A DNA stretch of 36,861 bases. Source: a virus (Duplodnaviria > Caudoviricetes). The position numbers were made by a program, and so were the translations under genes. Location of the stretch: IMG/VR virus record IMGVR_UViG_3300030376_003776, positions 1 to 36,861 of that record; one strand, written 5' to 3'. Position 1 is the stretch's first letter. The number at the start of each line of letters is the position of its first letter. Positions 1-10,972 of this stretch are shown here, in pieces. The notes below the pieces were generated by a model. The model was given only the letters and a program-made list of their open reading frames with translations. It was not told the origin of the DNA and made no database searches.

Positions 1-9
1 CGGCCCCCG
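1..9. repeat. 9-bp terminal direct repeat CGGCCCCCG (also 36853..36861); circular assembly overlap
   Basis: Identical sequence at both ends; joining restores the portal reading frame. Confidence 0.9.
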
Positions 10-41
10 CTTCTCTCCAGCAATTGTTAGGAGCGTTGTAA
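1..41 (+). CDS. Portal protein, C-terminal end (continues from 35157..36861 across the circular junction)
   Basis: After removing the 9-nt overlap the frame reads ..APAPAPASLQQLLGAL-TAA(39-41); TAA overlaps the ATG at 41. Confidence 0.85.
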   Translation, partial: APASLQQLLGAL

Positions 42-409
42 TGCCACGAGCGCGTAAAGTTGCAAAGGGCCAGCAGTACGGTATGGCTAAGGCTCAAGAA
101 GAATCACAGAAGATTCAGCCGATGCTTGACGATACTTCGGTGATGCCTGAAAAGCCTCGGGTTAAGCCGGGTGATGTTAGTTTGACTGCTCCTACAAGGC
201 AGCCGAACCAGGGAAGCTTTGGGCCTGCTAGCGCACCCAACATGAAGGTTGGGTTGACTGACGAGGAACGTGCCAAGGTTGCTACGTTGATTCCTGTTAT
301 GTCAGCTATTGCTAGCACCCCTCACGCTTCTCGCCATATGCGTTCATTCTTGCGTCGTGCAAAAGCGCAAATTGGAGATGTGTCAGACTTTTCCGATAAG
401 GGTCTTTAA
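41..409 (+). CDS. Hypothetical protein downstream of portal (122 aa)
   Basis: TAATG-coupled to portal and to the next gene. Confidence 0.75.
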   Translation: MPRARKVAKGQQYGMAKAQEESQKIQPMLDDTSVMPEKPRVKPGDVSLTAPTRQPNQGSFGPASAPNMKVGLTDEERAKVATLIPVMSAIASTPHASRHMRSFLRRAKAQIGDVSDFSDKGL

Positions 410-3400
410 TGCTCGGATTTGCCGGAAATATTTGGAACGGCACGACTGACGTTTTTGAAGGTCTAGGTTCTTTTGGTGCAGACGTTGTTCGTGCTGCCGG
501 AGAACTAGGTAGCGGCGACGTTGCGGGTGCTGCTGACGTAATTGTCAACTCAGTCCAAGAAGACTTGATGGCAAAGTCCCTTCAGGGTTTGTTTGGTCCT
601 GAAGGTGTTGGCGGCACAATCATTGGCGCTTTGCCACAGCCAATTCGACAAGGCGGCAAATACGTCATTGATCCTGTTTTTGGTGTTATTAACTGGGGCC
701 TAGAAGAACTCGTAGACCGACCTTTGGGTACTGGTCTGACGTTGCTAAACGTAGGCATTAAAGACACAGGCGCGTTGTTTGACCTTTCAACGTATGCCAA
801 AGCTTACGCAATCAATGACGAACGCACTGCTGGTCAAGCGTTGATGGCAGCGGCTTACTTGATTGACCCGTTTGATCAAGAAGACTTTACTGGTTTGCAA
901 AGCAAGCCAATCTTCAACCTTATTTCTGGCACGGTTGACTTTGCTCTAGAGTTTGCAGACCCAACTATTTACGCTGGTGCTGTTGCAGTTAAAGCTGCCC
1001 GTGGCGCTGCTGTTGCTGGCACCGTAAGCAGCACCGGCAAAGTTACTGGCACTTTTGGTCGCCGCTTTGCTAACGAAACTCGCAGCAGCCGATTGTCAGT
1101 AGCTCCTGACGCAAACTATGTGTTTGGTAAAGGCATGGGTGTCCGACGGGCAACGATTGCTGGCAGAGGCCGGACTGCTGGTATAGAAGGACAAAAGGCA
1201 CTTCCTAAGATTATGCAGCCTTTGGTTGCTACGTCTGAGCAAGTAGGACGGCGACGGCGAGTTGCTGAATCGTTTATTGACGAACGAGCAGTTAACTTTG
1301 TTAACTCACAACGATTTATTAATTTGAACAACGCAGTTCAACAAGGTGCTACTGCTTCTGAACGTGCTCGTAATGCCAAAGTCATTATGGGCAGGTCTGC
1401 TCGTCACATGAGTGATCGCGACATTGCTCGTTGGGCCGCAGGCGAAACAACTGAAGCCCGTGCTTTGTCTATGCGAGTTATGCTGGGCGACTCTGCTGCC
1501 CACTACGAAGCCATTCGCATTGCTGGTCAAATTGACGATTTGTTAAACAACGCCCGATGGGGTGAAGTTGACAACTACCGCAAGCTAGCTATGACTGTTG
1601 GCGAAGACGGCGTAGTCAACAACGTGTTCCGTGCCCGAGATGGGCAAGGCAAGTTTATTCAACCGCTGCCAGAAGACGAAATCCTTGCGATGTCAAAACA
1701 GTACGACGAATTGGTCGGCAGCGTTGACTGGACACTTGTTCACCACATGGACGAAGCATTGCGTGAAGCAATGCCAAAGCAGCTTGTTATTGATGAAGCT
1801 ACTGGTGCGTACCGTGTTAGCGATGCTGTTGAAGCAACTTTGCGTTCAGTAGACACTTCGGTTACTCACAAGGCAATCGAAGCAATGTTGAAAGACATTG
1901 GTGAACTAACAGAAGCTGGCTACACCAAACCTCATAGCGTCTTTGGCAATGCTTCTCGTATTAGAGGAATGCCAAACGGCTCTCGTTTGAACGAGCTTTC
2001 TAGGTTCCATCTTAAACGATTGAAAGAAACTGACGAGTCAATCGCGATTACTTCGATTGTTTCTAAGAATCCGTTTACTGACGCAGACACAGTTATTCAG
2101 TTTGTGACGGAACGCACTCCGCACAGCCGTATTTACTTCCACGATTCACAGTCAACAATTCAGGTTGAACGTGTAATGCGTGACGCTGCTCGGGTTGTTA
2201 CTCCTGACGGTAAGCGTCTAATTGAAGAAGATGCTGCGCTAAGAATCGTTGAAGATTACGAAACTGCTCGTGCTGCTGGCAACATTGCTGAAGCACAAAA
2301 CATCTTTTTGACAGAAGTCAGAAAGTTGAGCAATAAAACTGACAACATGTTCGCAGGTTGGTTTGGCGATCAAGTTGGCCCAGGACGCAGAGGCATTGCT
2401 TACGAACGCCACATTCTAGATGAGTGGGAGTTGGCAATGGACGAGATTACTGACCCTGCGCTACGCAAAGAAACTGTTGTTGGTCTAAGCGACGAAAACG
2501 GCAAGGTTACTCGTTCTGCTCTTATTGACGAATCTAAAGAAGGCACAACTCACGTTGCTAACATTCGTTTAAGCCCTAAGCAGCTTGAACAAACTGCTGT
2601 GTTGCCACGATTCGACATTGTTCAAAAGAACTTTGACCGAGCAGTCCGTCGTCAAAGCGATGTTCGCGCTGATCGCATCCGAGCTAAAGCAGCAGACATT
2701 GGCACTTCCGGTTTGAAGGGTTTGCGTAAAGGCACCGACGAACCAATGAAGTATTGGCGCGCTGGTGTTCTACTGACGCCTAAGTGGCCGATGCGTATTA
2801 CTATCGAAGAACAACTTCGTATGGGTTCACAGTTGGGCGCTGCTACAACTGCAATGAACTTGTTTAAGGGCGTTGGCGACTTGCGTAGAGCCTACGGATT
2901 CTTCAACTTTCCTAACGACAAACTGCTTTCTGACATCGACATGATTACTAATGCCATGCGTAGCACGCTAGGCGAATCTGTCGAAACAGGCCGAGTGCTT
3001 AAAATTGACGATGCCCTAAAGGCTCAGATGGATGAGTGGGGTCAAGTCAAGAAAATGCCTGACGATGTAAAGGCTGAACGAGTCAGGCTTCAGCAGCAGA
3101 AGAAGACGTTGATGAAGGTTGACGATCTTTCTGCAATTGAAATGATGGAACTTCTGGGAACTGAAGGTTTCCAAAAGATTGTTGACCGTCTAATCAGAGA
3201 AAAGGTTTTGACGCGTCGCGATTTGCGTCGCACACAAGGCAACTCTGCTTTGAAGGCAATTACTGTCGGCATGTTGTTTGCTAACCCGTTTGTTGGCGGT
3301 CTTTACGGCTTTGTTAGCTATGGCCGCAAGCTGAAACGAATGAACCAAGCAGGTCAGCGTCAAGCTGCTACCAACGTTGCTGGCGCTATGCGTTCTGAAG

Positions 3401-6153
3401 CACGACGCCTTATGGCAGGTGGCGAACGAGCTACTGCTTCTTACAAAGCCGGTTTGGACATGATGTCCGAAGCTGACTATCTGAAGAAGCTAGCTGACGA
3501 AGGAAACGCTAAAGCTGCAAAGGCCCGCAATGCGTTTGAAATGGCCGACGATCTTCTAGAAGAAGCTGGATTCGGCAAGATCAATATTGGCGGTCAGGCA
3601 TTCCGGTCTGGCTTTGGTGACGACCCACGATTTATTGAACAGATTCAACGTGAGGTATCTGCAAACAACTGGGCGCAGTCTGTTCTTCGTGGTGCTCAAA
3701 AGTCAGCAAAACGAGAAATGGACTCGCTGAGCTACAAGGTTACCGGCGTTCTGGAATACACAGATCGCGCAACACGCCGCAAGTTTTTTGATGACCGATG
3801 GACTGAAACCATTGCACGATTTAGCTCTGCAAGCGGCACCGACGAGTTCTTCAACATTGTTTGGAACAGCAGCCAAACCGTGCAAACCCGCAGCGAAAAA
3901 CTTGCAACACTTCTTAAAAACGATGAAGCATTGTTCGACAGCATCGTGGCAGACAAGATGTACCACTTTGCCGACGACGTTGACTACAACACCATCTCAG
4001 AATTTATCGTCCGAGAATACGAAAACATTCTTCCATCTGGACAATTTGCTGACCTCCGTACCGACATCCGAAGCGGTGTCGAAGTCAAATGGCAGCAAGT
4101 CGAACAACGACTCTACGACGGCGCTACCGACCCCAAAATTGCCGAAGTTAACTTCAAAAAGAACATGGAGTTGATGCAGGAAATTCATCCGCAATTTGGA
4201 CGAGTGCTGCATCCCGAAACAGTCGCCAGCCCTAACCGTGTAAAAAACAGGATTGACGGTTTCTTTGAAGACATGTTCCGCATGTTCGGCACCCTGCCTT
4301 CAGACGAACTAGCACGATTCCCGTTCTACAAGAGCGTTTACGACGGCGAACTCCGTCGCCGAACCATCCCGCTTGTTGACGAAGACGGATTCCTTCGTAT
4401 TTCGCAAAACAAGATGAACGACCTAGAACGAGAAGCACGAGAATACGCCACCCAACGCACCCGTGAAGTCCTTTACGACCTGAACGAACAAACCCGCATG
4501 GGTGAAGTAATCGGCAACGCCTCGCCCTTCTTCAATGCTTGGCAAGAAGTCTTGGGACGCTGGGGCGGCTTTGCAGTCGATAACCCCATGTTTGTTGCCA
4601 AAGTCGGCCAACTCTACCGACAGCCTTGGGAAGCCGAATTCCTCGGACTCACCCAAGTCGAAGTTGGCGAAGAAGGAAGCGAAGATACTTACATTGTCTG
4701 GCGTCCTCTAGGCGACGCCTACGACGAAGAAGGCAACCCCACCAGCGTCTTCAACGCCATGCCCGACAAACTCAAAGACCTGTTCTTCCCAGCAGCAATC
4801 CGAGATGGCAACAACCCTCTCCGATTCTCCAAGAACGGTTTCAACATGATTTCGCAAGGCACACCGGGCTTCGGCCCGCTTATCACCGTGCCTGTGCGAG
4901 AAACACTAATTACAAACCCCGAGTTGGAAAACACTCTCGGCTTTATGTTCCCCTTCGGACACCCACACGGCGGATTTCTTAGCCGTCTGGGCCAAAGCCT
5001 TGCACCAGCATGGGCCAAAAACGTCAACAACCTCCTCACAGATACGCACAGCAAAGAAGTCATGGTTAATCGCATGTTCCGCGATTTGACTATTCAGCTT
5101 GCAGAAGCTGGCGACCCATTGGATTGGAACGACGAACTGGCCGTTATGGAAGTTTTGGAAGAAGCAGAGAAGCGAACCCAAAACTTCTTTGTGTTCCGTG
5201 TCGCTGCTGGCCTTTTCTCTCCTACTTCTACGACAGTTTTGAGTCCTTACGAGCCTCTGGTCCAGAAATATCGGGAATTGGAAAAGGAATACGACGTTCG
5301 GGAAGCCCAAATGCGGTTCTTGGACGAATATGGGACTGATTTCTTTGCTTTGACAGGCCGCATGTCACAGTTGAACGACGGTGTGCGTGCAACTGTCGAA
5401 AACGAAGAGCTTTACCGTCAAAACCAAGAGCTAATCCAAGCCCACCCAGCTATTGGAGCCTGGGTTTCAGGCAGTATCGGCCCTGTAGACGAAAACTACG
5501 TCTTCTCACAGGTCGTTTACAACCGTCAGTTCAACACACCAACCGGTCCTGGCTCTGACATCACCCGTCGTGACGTAAAATCCCCAGTTGAGTATGTTGA
5601 AGACACACAAATCGCTCAAGGTTGGATGGAATACTCCGCTATGAACGATCAAGTCCGAAATATGCAGGATCAGGCAGAAAACGTTGGCCTGTCAGCGTCG
5701 CTAAACGCCAAACACAATCAGCGTATTGCCGAATTGAAGAGCAAAGTTATTGACGAAATTAGCGCCAAGTACCCTGCATGGCGCAAAGAATTTGACGACT
5801 TTGGTTCATCAAACCAGCGCATGATTGACGTTTACGACGGTGTTGCGGCTGCTTTGAAGTACGAAAACATTGTGGTACGACCGTCTACTCCGCATTTGAT
5901 GGAGTTCCTGTCGCTCAGAGTTACTGTTCAAGAGATGCTAGAGGCTCGTAAAGCACGAGGTGGCAGCAACAACATTGAAGCTGGCGACAACGAAGACATC
6001 AAAGTTTTCTGGGAAGAAACCAAGGACGACATTGGTGCTCGCCCTGACTTTTCTCCTCTTTACGACAGGTATTTCGATAGAGATAGACTGTTGCCGCAGA
6101 CATTTATCAACGCTGAAGATTTCCCGTTGTCTGGTATGCCGAGGTACGCGTAA
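409..6153 (+). CDS. Giant internal virion / DNA ejection protein (1914 aa)
   Basis: Size, helical Ala/Gly/Glu-rich composition, coupled within virion operon; no polymerase motifs seen. Confidence 0.6.
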   Translation: MLGFAGNIWNGTTDVFEGLGSFGADVVRAAGELGSGDVAGAADVIVNSVQEDLMAKSLQGLFGPEGVGGTIIGALPQPIRQGGKYVIDPVFGVINWGLEELVDRPLGTGLTLLNVGIKDTGALFDLSTYAKAYAINDERTAGQALMAAAYLIDPFDQEDFTGLQSKPIFNLISGTVDFALEFADPTIYAGAVAVKAARGAAVAGTVSSTGKVTGTFGRRFANETRSSRLSVAPDANYVFGKGMGVRRATIAGRGRTAGIEGQKALPKIMQPLVATSEQVGRRRRVAESFIDERAVNFVNSQRFINLNNAVQQGATASERARNAKVIMGRSARHMSDRDIARWAAGETTEARALSMRVMLGDSAAHYEAIRIAGQIDDLLNNARWGEVDNYRKLAMTVGEDGVVNNVFRARDGQGKFIQPLPEDEILAMSKQYDELVGSVDWTLVHHMDEALREAMPKQLVIDEATGAYRVSDAVEATLRSVDTSVTHKAIEAMLKDIGELTEAGYTKPHSVFGNASRIRGMPNGSRLNELSRFHLKRLKETDESIAITSIVSKNPFTDADTVIQFVTERTPHSRIYFHDSQSTIQVERVMRDAARVVTPDGKRLIEEDAALRIVEDYETARAAGNIAEAQNIFLTEVRKLSNKTDNMFAGWFGDQVGPGRRGIAYERHILDEWELAMDEITDPALRKETVVGLSDENGKVTRSALIDESKEGTTHVANIRLSPKQLEQTAVLPRFDIVQKNFDRAVRRQSDVRADRIRAKAADIGTSGLKGLRKGTDEPMKYWRAGVLLTPKWPMRITIEEQLRMGSQLGAATTAMNLFKGVGDLRRAYGFFNFPNDKLLSDIDMITNAMRSTLGESVETGRVLKIDDALKAQMDEWGQVKKMPDDVKAERVRLQQQKKTLMKVDDLSAIEMMELLGTEGFQKIVDRLIREKVLTRRDLRRTQGNSALKAITVGMLFANPFVGGLYGFVSYGRKLKRMNQAGQRQAATNVAGAMRSEARRLMAGGERATASYKAGLDMMSEADYLKKLADEGNAKAAKARNAFEMADDLLEEAGFGKINIGGQAFRSGFGDDPRFIEQIQREVSANNWAQSVLRGAQKSAKREMDSLSYKVTGVLEYTDRATRRKFFDDRWTETIARFSSASGTDEFFNIVWNSSQTVQTRSEKLATLLKNDEALFDSIVADKMYHFADDVDYNTISEFIVREYENILPSGQFADLRTDIRSGVEVKWQQVEQRLYDGATDPKIAEVNFKKNMELMQEIHPQFGRVLHPETVASPNRVKNRIDGFFEDMFRMFGTLPSDELARFPFYKSVYDGELRRRTIPLVDEDGFLRISQNKMNDLEREAREYATQRTREVLYDLNEQTRMGEVIGNASPFFNAWQEVLGRWGGFAVDNPMFVAKVGQLYRQPWEAEFLGLTQVEVGEEGSEDTYIVWRPLGDAYDEEGNPTSVFNAMPDKLKDLFFPAAIRDGNNPLRFSKNGFNMISQGTPGFGPLITVPVRETLITNPELENTLGFMFPFGHPHGGFLSRLGQSLAPAWAKNVNNLLTDTHSKEVMVNRMFRDLTIQLAEAGDPLDWNDELAVMEVLEEAEKRTQNFFVFRVAAGLFSPTSTTVLSPYEPLVQKYRELEKEYDVREAQMRFLDEYGTDFFALTGRMSQLNDGVRATVENEELYRQNQELIQAHPAIGAWVSGSIGPVDENYVFSQVVYNRQFNTPTGPGSDITRRDVKSPVEYVEDTQIAQGWMEYSAMNDQVRNMQDQAENVGLSASLNAKHNQRIAELKSKVIDEISAKYPAWRKEFDDFGSSNQRMIDVYDGVAAALKYENIVVRPSTPHLMEFLSLRVTVQEMLEARKARGGSNNIEAGDNEDIKVFWEETKDDIGARPDFSPLYDRYFDRDRLLPQTFINAEDFPLSGMPRYA

Positions 6154-6935
6154 TGGCTGAAGAAGAAAACGCACCAATGCCAATTGAAACAATCGAACAG
6201 ACGATTGCTTCAGGTTACTCGTGGGCACAAGCAGCTAGCGACGTTGCAGGTAACCCGTTTGTCTTTGATGACCCGGTTCTTGGCTTTACCGAGTTTGAAG
6301 ACGTTATGGACATTGATGATCCAGGCGACGCTACTTACTCTACTGTTGCTAGCGCTGGTGCTGTCCCAATTCTTCAAAGCGACATTATTAATGCGTTGCC
6401 AAACGAAATGGACTCCGACGCACAAAGTATCCTGGCAATGGAAATGTTCTTAAACGTTGACTCTGCTTACGGAGACATCAATCAGGTTTTTGAAGACGAC
6501 GGTGCTGTCAACCAAGAAACGTTTATGAAGGCTGTCGAAACCACGCTGGCCTTAGCTGCAAAAGCTGGCCCGATGGGATACGGGACTACAACGAAGTATT
6601 TGAATATTTTGACAAGTGCAGGTGGCGCGTCTGCGGGCGAGCTAAACCAGCGGTTCCAAGAAGAACAGTCAAAGAGTTCTGGAATGTTTCCAGGGCTTGT
6701 GTTGAACCGTGTTGTCGATAGCGGGTTTGCAAATGTGCTTGGGCGTACTGCGTCTAAGCGTGAACAGCAGGAGTTTGCTGAGCTTGTGTTGGAGCTTGGC
6801 GATTCGATTAAGGGCGTAGAACATCTGGGTTTGGAGGCTGAAGAGTTTGCTCGCGAAGAGAATCCTCAGGAAGCACAGATGATGGATTACCGTAGTGCTG
6901 CTGACCGCATTATGAATGTGATGGGATTGGCCTAA
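6153..6935 (+). CDS. Putative internal virion protein (260 aa, acidic)
   Basis: TAATG-coupled on both sides within the ejection-protein block. Confidence 0.5.
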   Translation: MAEEENAPMPIETIEQTIASGYSWAQAASDVAGNPFVFDDPVLGFTEFEDVMDIDDPGDATYSTVASAGAVPILQSDIINALPNEMDSDAQSILAMEMFLNVDSAYGDINQVFEDDGAVNQETFMKAVETTLALAAKAGPMGYGTTTKYLNILTSAGGASAGELNQRFQEEQSKSSGMFPGLVLNRVVDSGFANVLGRTASKREQQEFAELVLELGDSIKGVEHLGLEAEEFAREENPQEAQMMDYRSAADRIMNVMGLA

Positions 6936-9628
6936 TGAGTGCTACTTTTAATGAAACGCTAAACATCCTGCTTGAAACAGGAATGTCTTACGAAGACGCT
7001 TATCGTCAGGCTGAATCTATTACTGCAACTCGTGAGCGAACCGGCGAGCTTAGTCCTGCTGAGATGGACATTCTCATGGTTCTGATGGAGGGCGGTATCA
7101 CCGGTAAGCGGGCCGAAGATATGGCTCGGACAATTAACGCTCAGCGAGTTGCTGCGGGTACGACGCGAGAAGAAGAAATTGCTAGTCGTCCGATGCCTCC
7201 AGAGCCGACTCCAGAGCCAACGACAGTTACGACTCAGGGTCCGCCTGCACCTTTGCCTCCGCTTCCGCCTGAATCCGAGGCTCCAATACGAAATGAATTG
7301 CCATATGATTTAGGTCCGGCTGATCGTCCGATGGATACGCCCGGTAATCGTGAGCCTCAAACTGTTAGGAAGCCAGGAGAGGAACCTCTTTCGGATACTA
7401 CGCGTCGTCCTACTGTTCTAGCTTCTGACGCTCCCCGTACTGGCGGTTCTATCTATTCGACGTTGACTGAACCAGGCAGGTTTAGCAGAAAGTTTGTTGT
7501 TCCAGCCGACGAAGACCCCGAAGAGTTTGCAGACATATTTGAACAGTTGTTTAAGCTGCAAGGATCTTCAAGCGGAGCTTTTGAAAACCAACTTTCTACC
7601 CGGCTAGATGGATGGGCTGCCCGTCTTGATAGTCCTGAAATGCGGGGGTTGTTTGCTCCTACTGAAACTTTTATTGCGCTTGATCGACGTTCAAGCACTG
7701 AAAAAAGCAACGAATACAACGATCTTGTAGACGAAGCTATTAATGCGGCTTCTGCACGTCGTCAACGTGTTGGTGCCAACATCTTTATTTATGATCTGCT
7801 TGATTCGCTGCCAGCAGAAGGCGAAGATTTTGTAGCAGACTCAAGATTTAATGCTGGTTCGATGAACCATGCTGAGCACATTTACAATGTCAATCAGTTT
7901 GTCTTTGGCAAACAAATTGACATGGCTGGGCTTTTTGCTGGTCGGCCTATCCAAGTTGGCGACATTCAGCTAGCTGACGGTTACGTCATTCCTAATGTGA
8001 CGCTTTCTTCTGCCGAAGAATACGTTGATTTGATTAATAATCAACTAGGTGAACAGTTTGACGACCCCGGCACTATTGAACGACTAACGACTTTTTTTGG
8101 TCTTAACCCGCAAACTGGATTTGCTGGCGAGTTTGATCGCCTTATAGGTTTCAACGAAGAAACCGGTTTGGATTACAACGAAGACCAAGCCCGTGAATTG
8201 TTTGACATTCCGCTGGATTGGTTGCTTCTTTACGATTCTCGTATTGAGTCGGCTGAAGCAGCACGAGAAGAATCACAAGTTCTTAAAACTACGATTACAC
8301 AGCTTGGCAGCACTACTGGTGAAGATGTTGGCGGCGGTCTTATTCGCAGCGGTTATCAAGATGAATTGGAATCTCTTGACCCAACACTGTTTGGAGCAGA
8401 CAGAACTCTTATTCAAAACGCGCAAGCACAGATTGGTGTAGTTCAACCCCCAGGTTTTGGAACAATTGACCCTGACGATTTTCCAGCTATTCCTGAAGGC
8501 GGATTTGATCCAGACGAACTTCAAGAAATCGGTGACAGTTTCCTAGATCTTGGAGATTACGACGGTCCTGTTGACCGTGCCGAATACGATTTGCTTACTA
8601 CTTATCTAGAGCAAAACTACGGTGGTTTCTCGTTCTTCTTTGATTTGGATGCCGACAAACTAAAAATTGGCCTAAACCAATTCGACAAGCCAGTAGAACG
8701 AGATTCTGACGAAGCTGTCCGCAACGTCCACATTTTGGATTACATTACTGGCCGGTACACAACTCACGATACAAGCGGCCCAGCAGGTCAAGTTTTGGAT
8801 GATCAACTGCTGTTTGAAGCTCTTCGTGCTACCGAGTGGTACCGCACTACAAACGTTTCGATGCGTGAATGGGAAGGCGAGTTTGGTGCTGATCCCCTTC
8901 GTACATTCCAGTTTGACCTTACTCAGTTTGAACGTGAAGACAGAGTGGGTGTCAATGTAGAAGACAGTATTTACGAAGATTTGGTTCAAGCAGCCCGAGA
9001 GATTATGGGTGCTGGTGCTGAAGACACAATCGGTAAGAACCGGTTGATTATGTTGGCAGCAGAAATCGACTATCTGGGTTACGACACCGATAGCGTTGAA
9101 CAGCGTAAACGACTTCTTGACAGCGTTATTCGTTCCGAAGTTCCTTGGCAGGCTTCAACCGCAGACTTTAGTGCTTTCAGGTTGACGCGTGATTCAGTCG
9201 AATCGTTGGCTGCTAGGTACTACATTCCGATTACCGATAAACGTCGTGATGAATATGCAGAGATGTTGTTTACTGGCGAAATGACTGAAGAGGGCGTTAT
9301 TGCTCAGTTGCGTAGTCAGGCTATGGCCCGTTACGGAACTAGCGATCAAGTTACTGCTGCCTTGCAAGCCGGTATGACAATGGAAGATTACTTTGATCCG
9401 TACACGGCTCGCATGGAACTAATCCTTGATCGCCCTGTTGACCTAATGCTTGAGTTCCCTGAAGTTATCGAAATGGTTTCTGCTGATGGAAATGCCCGCC
9501 CAATGACTCATGCCGAGTTGGGTGAGTATGTGCGTGGGTTGCCTGAGTGGGGTCAAAGCGATCAGGGTCAGGACACGGCACGCGATGTTGTTACTGAGAT
9601 TGGCAAGTTGTTCGGGGAGACAGCGTAA
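6935..9628 (+). CDS. Putative internal virion protein (897 aa, acidic, Pro-rich linker)
   Basis: Long coupled ORF; position. Confidence 0.5.
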   Translation: MSATFNETLNILLETGMSYEDAYRQAESITATRERTGELSPAEMDILMVLMEGGITGKRAEDMARTINAQRVAAGTTREEEIASRPMPPEPTPEPTTVTTQGPPAPLPPLPPESEAPIRNELPYDLGPADRPMDTPGNREPQTVRKPGEEPLSDTTRRPTVLASDAPRTGGSIYSTLTEPGRFSRKFVVPADEDPEEFADIFEQLFKLQGSSSGAFENQLSTRLDGWAARLDSPEMRGLFAPTETFIALDRRSSTEKSNEYNDLVDEAINAASARRQRVGANIFIYDLLDSLPAEGEDFVADSRFNAGSMNHAEHIYNVNQFVFGKQIDMAGLFAGRPIQVGDIQLADGYVIPNVTLSSAEEYVDLINNQLGEQFDDPGTIERLTTFFGLNPQTGFAGEFDRLIGFNEETGLDYNEDQARELFDIPLDWLLLYDSRIESAEAAREESQVLKTTITQLGSTTGEDVGGGLIRSGYQDELESLDPTLFGADRTLIQNAQAQIGVVQPPGFGTIDPDDFPAIPEGGFDPDELQEIGDSFLDLGDYDGPVDRAEYDLLTTYLEQNYGGFSFFFDLDADKLKIGLNQFDKPVERDSDEAVRNVHILDYITGRYTTHDTSGPAGQVLDDQLLFEALRATEWYRTTNVSMREWEGEFGADPLRTFQFDLTQFEREDRVGVNVEDSIYEDLVQAAREIMGAGAEDTIGKNRLIMLAAEIDYLGYDTDSVEQRKRLLDSVIRSEVPWQASTADFSAFRLTRDSVESLAARYYIPITDKRRDEYAEMLFTGEMTEEGVIAQLRSQAMARYGTSDQVTAALQAGMTMEDYFDPYTARMELILDRPVDLMLEFPEVIEMVSADGNARPMTHAELGEYVRGLPEWGQSDQGQDTARDVVTEIGKLFGETA

Positions 9629-10947
9629 TGATTCCTGGTGGAGATGCACTAAACGCTCTTCAGAATACGCGTGGTGCGTTTGCTGAAGCTGTTCTTCGGG
9701 GGATTGGTGCCCCTGTTAGTCCTTCCAACATGTCGTCCATGTTGGCTTGGATGACTGGTGAAAACACTAAAGCGGCGTTTAATCCGTTGGCAACAACGCG
9801 TAAAGGATTTGACGGTGCAACTGATTTCAACTCGGCTGGTGTTAAGAATTTCAAAGATTTTGAACAAGGCGTACAGGCAACTGTTGACACTCTAAATTTG
9901 AGTTATTACACAGACGTTGTTGCTGCTTTGCAACGAGGCACAACTCCTTTCGAGTTGCAACAGGCTGTTGTTGCGTCACCTTGGGGCACTCAACACTTTG
10001 GAACTGGCGATACAAAGGATTTGACGACGCCTTTGGGAACCCAGTCTTCTGGTCAATTTATTCCAGGTTTGGATTACGAAGATGATCCACAGTCAATGGA
10101 AGAAGCTAGTCCTGCTATTCAGGATGCTTGGCAACTCGCAAAGCAAATGCTTGACGACTATGGCTTGAGCAGTTTGTTCCCAGAAATCGAATCGTTTCTA
10201 TTGAAGGGGTTGTCTGCTGAAGCTGCCGTAGGGCGTATTAGAGACACTCAAGAGTTTAAAGATCGGTTTCCTGGACTTCAGGGAAGAGTTGACAACGGTT
10301 ATAACGCTATTTCTCCAGCTACTTACCTAACGTTGGAAGACAACTATCGCAACTTGATGGTTGAAGCAGGATTTGCTCCTGGTTTCTATGATGAACCAGA
10401 AGATTTAGCTGCATTTATTGCTAATGATGTCCGGCCTGATGAAGTTAATGAGCGTATTAAGTTGGCTCAACGTGCTGTTATGGACGCTGATCCTTTGGTT
10501 AAGGCAGAGCTACAAGAACGATTTGGTATCGGGCTAGATACTGAAGCTGATTTGGTTTCGTATTTCCTTGATCCAGAACGTGCTGTACCTCTTCTTGAAA
10601 TGCAGAGTCAGGTTGGTGTGGCTGAGCTTGGTGCGGCTACTCAGCGTGCTATGGGTACAGGTCGTACTTTGGCTACTGAAACTGCTCAGGAGCTTGTGCG
10701 TCGTGGTTATTCGGAACGTGAGTTGGGTGAGCGTTTGAAGGGTCGTGGCGGCATGACTCAGCAAATGTTGGGACAGCGGCGTGGTATTACGGCTTCTGAA
10801 GTTGCTGCTGCCGAGTTTGGTTTGGATTCTGAAGCAGTAGCAAACATCCGTCGTTTGCGTGAAAACCGTCAGCAACTTGGTACCCGCACAGGCGGTTCTA
10901 TGATTGCTCAGACTGGTGTTTCTAGCTTTGGTAGCTCTAATACTTGA
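9628..10947 (+). CDS. Internal virion protein with N-terminal lysozyme-like peptidoglycan hydrolase domain
   Basis: AWMTGE..FNPLATT..FNSAGVKNF..FEQGVQATV..YY segment resembles phage lysozyme-like domains. Confidence 0.6.
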   Translation: MIPGGDALNALQNTRGAFAEAVLRGIGAPVSPSNMSSMLAWMTGENTKAAFNPLATTRKGFDGATDFNSAGVKNFKDFEQGVQATVDTLNLSYYTDVVAALQRGTTPFELQQAVVASPWGTQHFGTGDTKDLTTPLGTQSSGQFIPGLDYEDDPQSMEEASPAIQDAWQLAKQMLDDYGLSSLFPEIESFLLKGLSAEAAVGRIRDTQEFKDRFPGLQGRVDNGYNAISPATYLTLEDNYRNLMVEAGFAPGFYDEPEDLAAFIANDVRPDEVNERIKLAQRAVMDADPLVKAELQERFGIGLDTEADLVSYFLDPERAVPLLEMQSQVGVAELGAATQRAMGTGRTLATETAQELVRRGYSERELGERLKGRGGMTQQMLGQRRGITASEVAAAEFGLDSEAVANIRRLRENRQQLGTRTGGSMIAQTGVSSFGSSNT

Positions 10948-10972
10948 CGATTAAACAGAAACCTCTTAATCT
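10944..10972 (+). promoter_or_regulatory. Sigma70/SigA-type promoter for scaffold-capsid genes
   Basis: TTGACG (10944-49), 17 nt, TAATCT (10967-72). Confidence 0.65.

Noticed and set aside
409-6153. Virion RNA polymerase or tape-measure protein
   Set aside because: No DFDGD or T7-type catalytic motifs seen; no tail tube or tail chaperone context.
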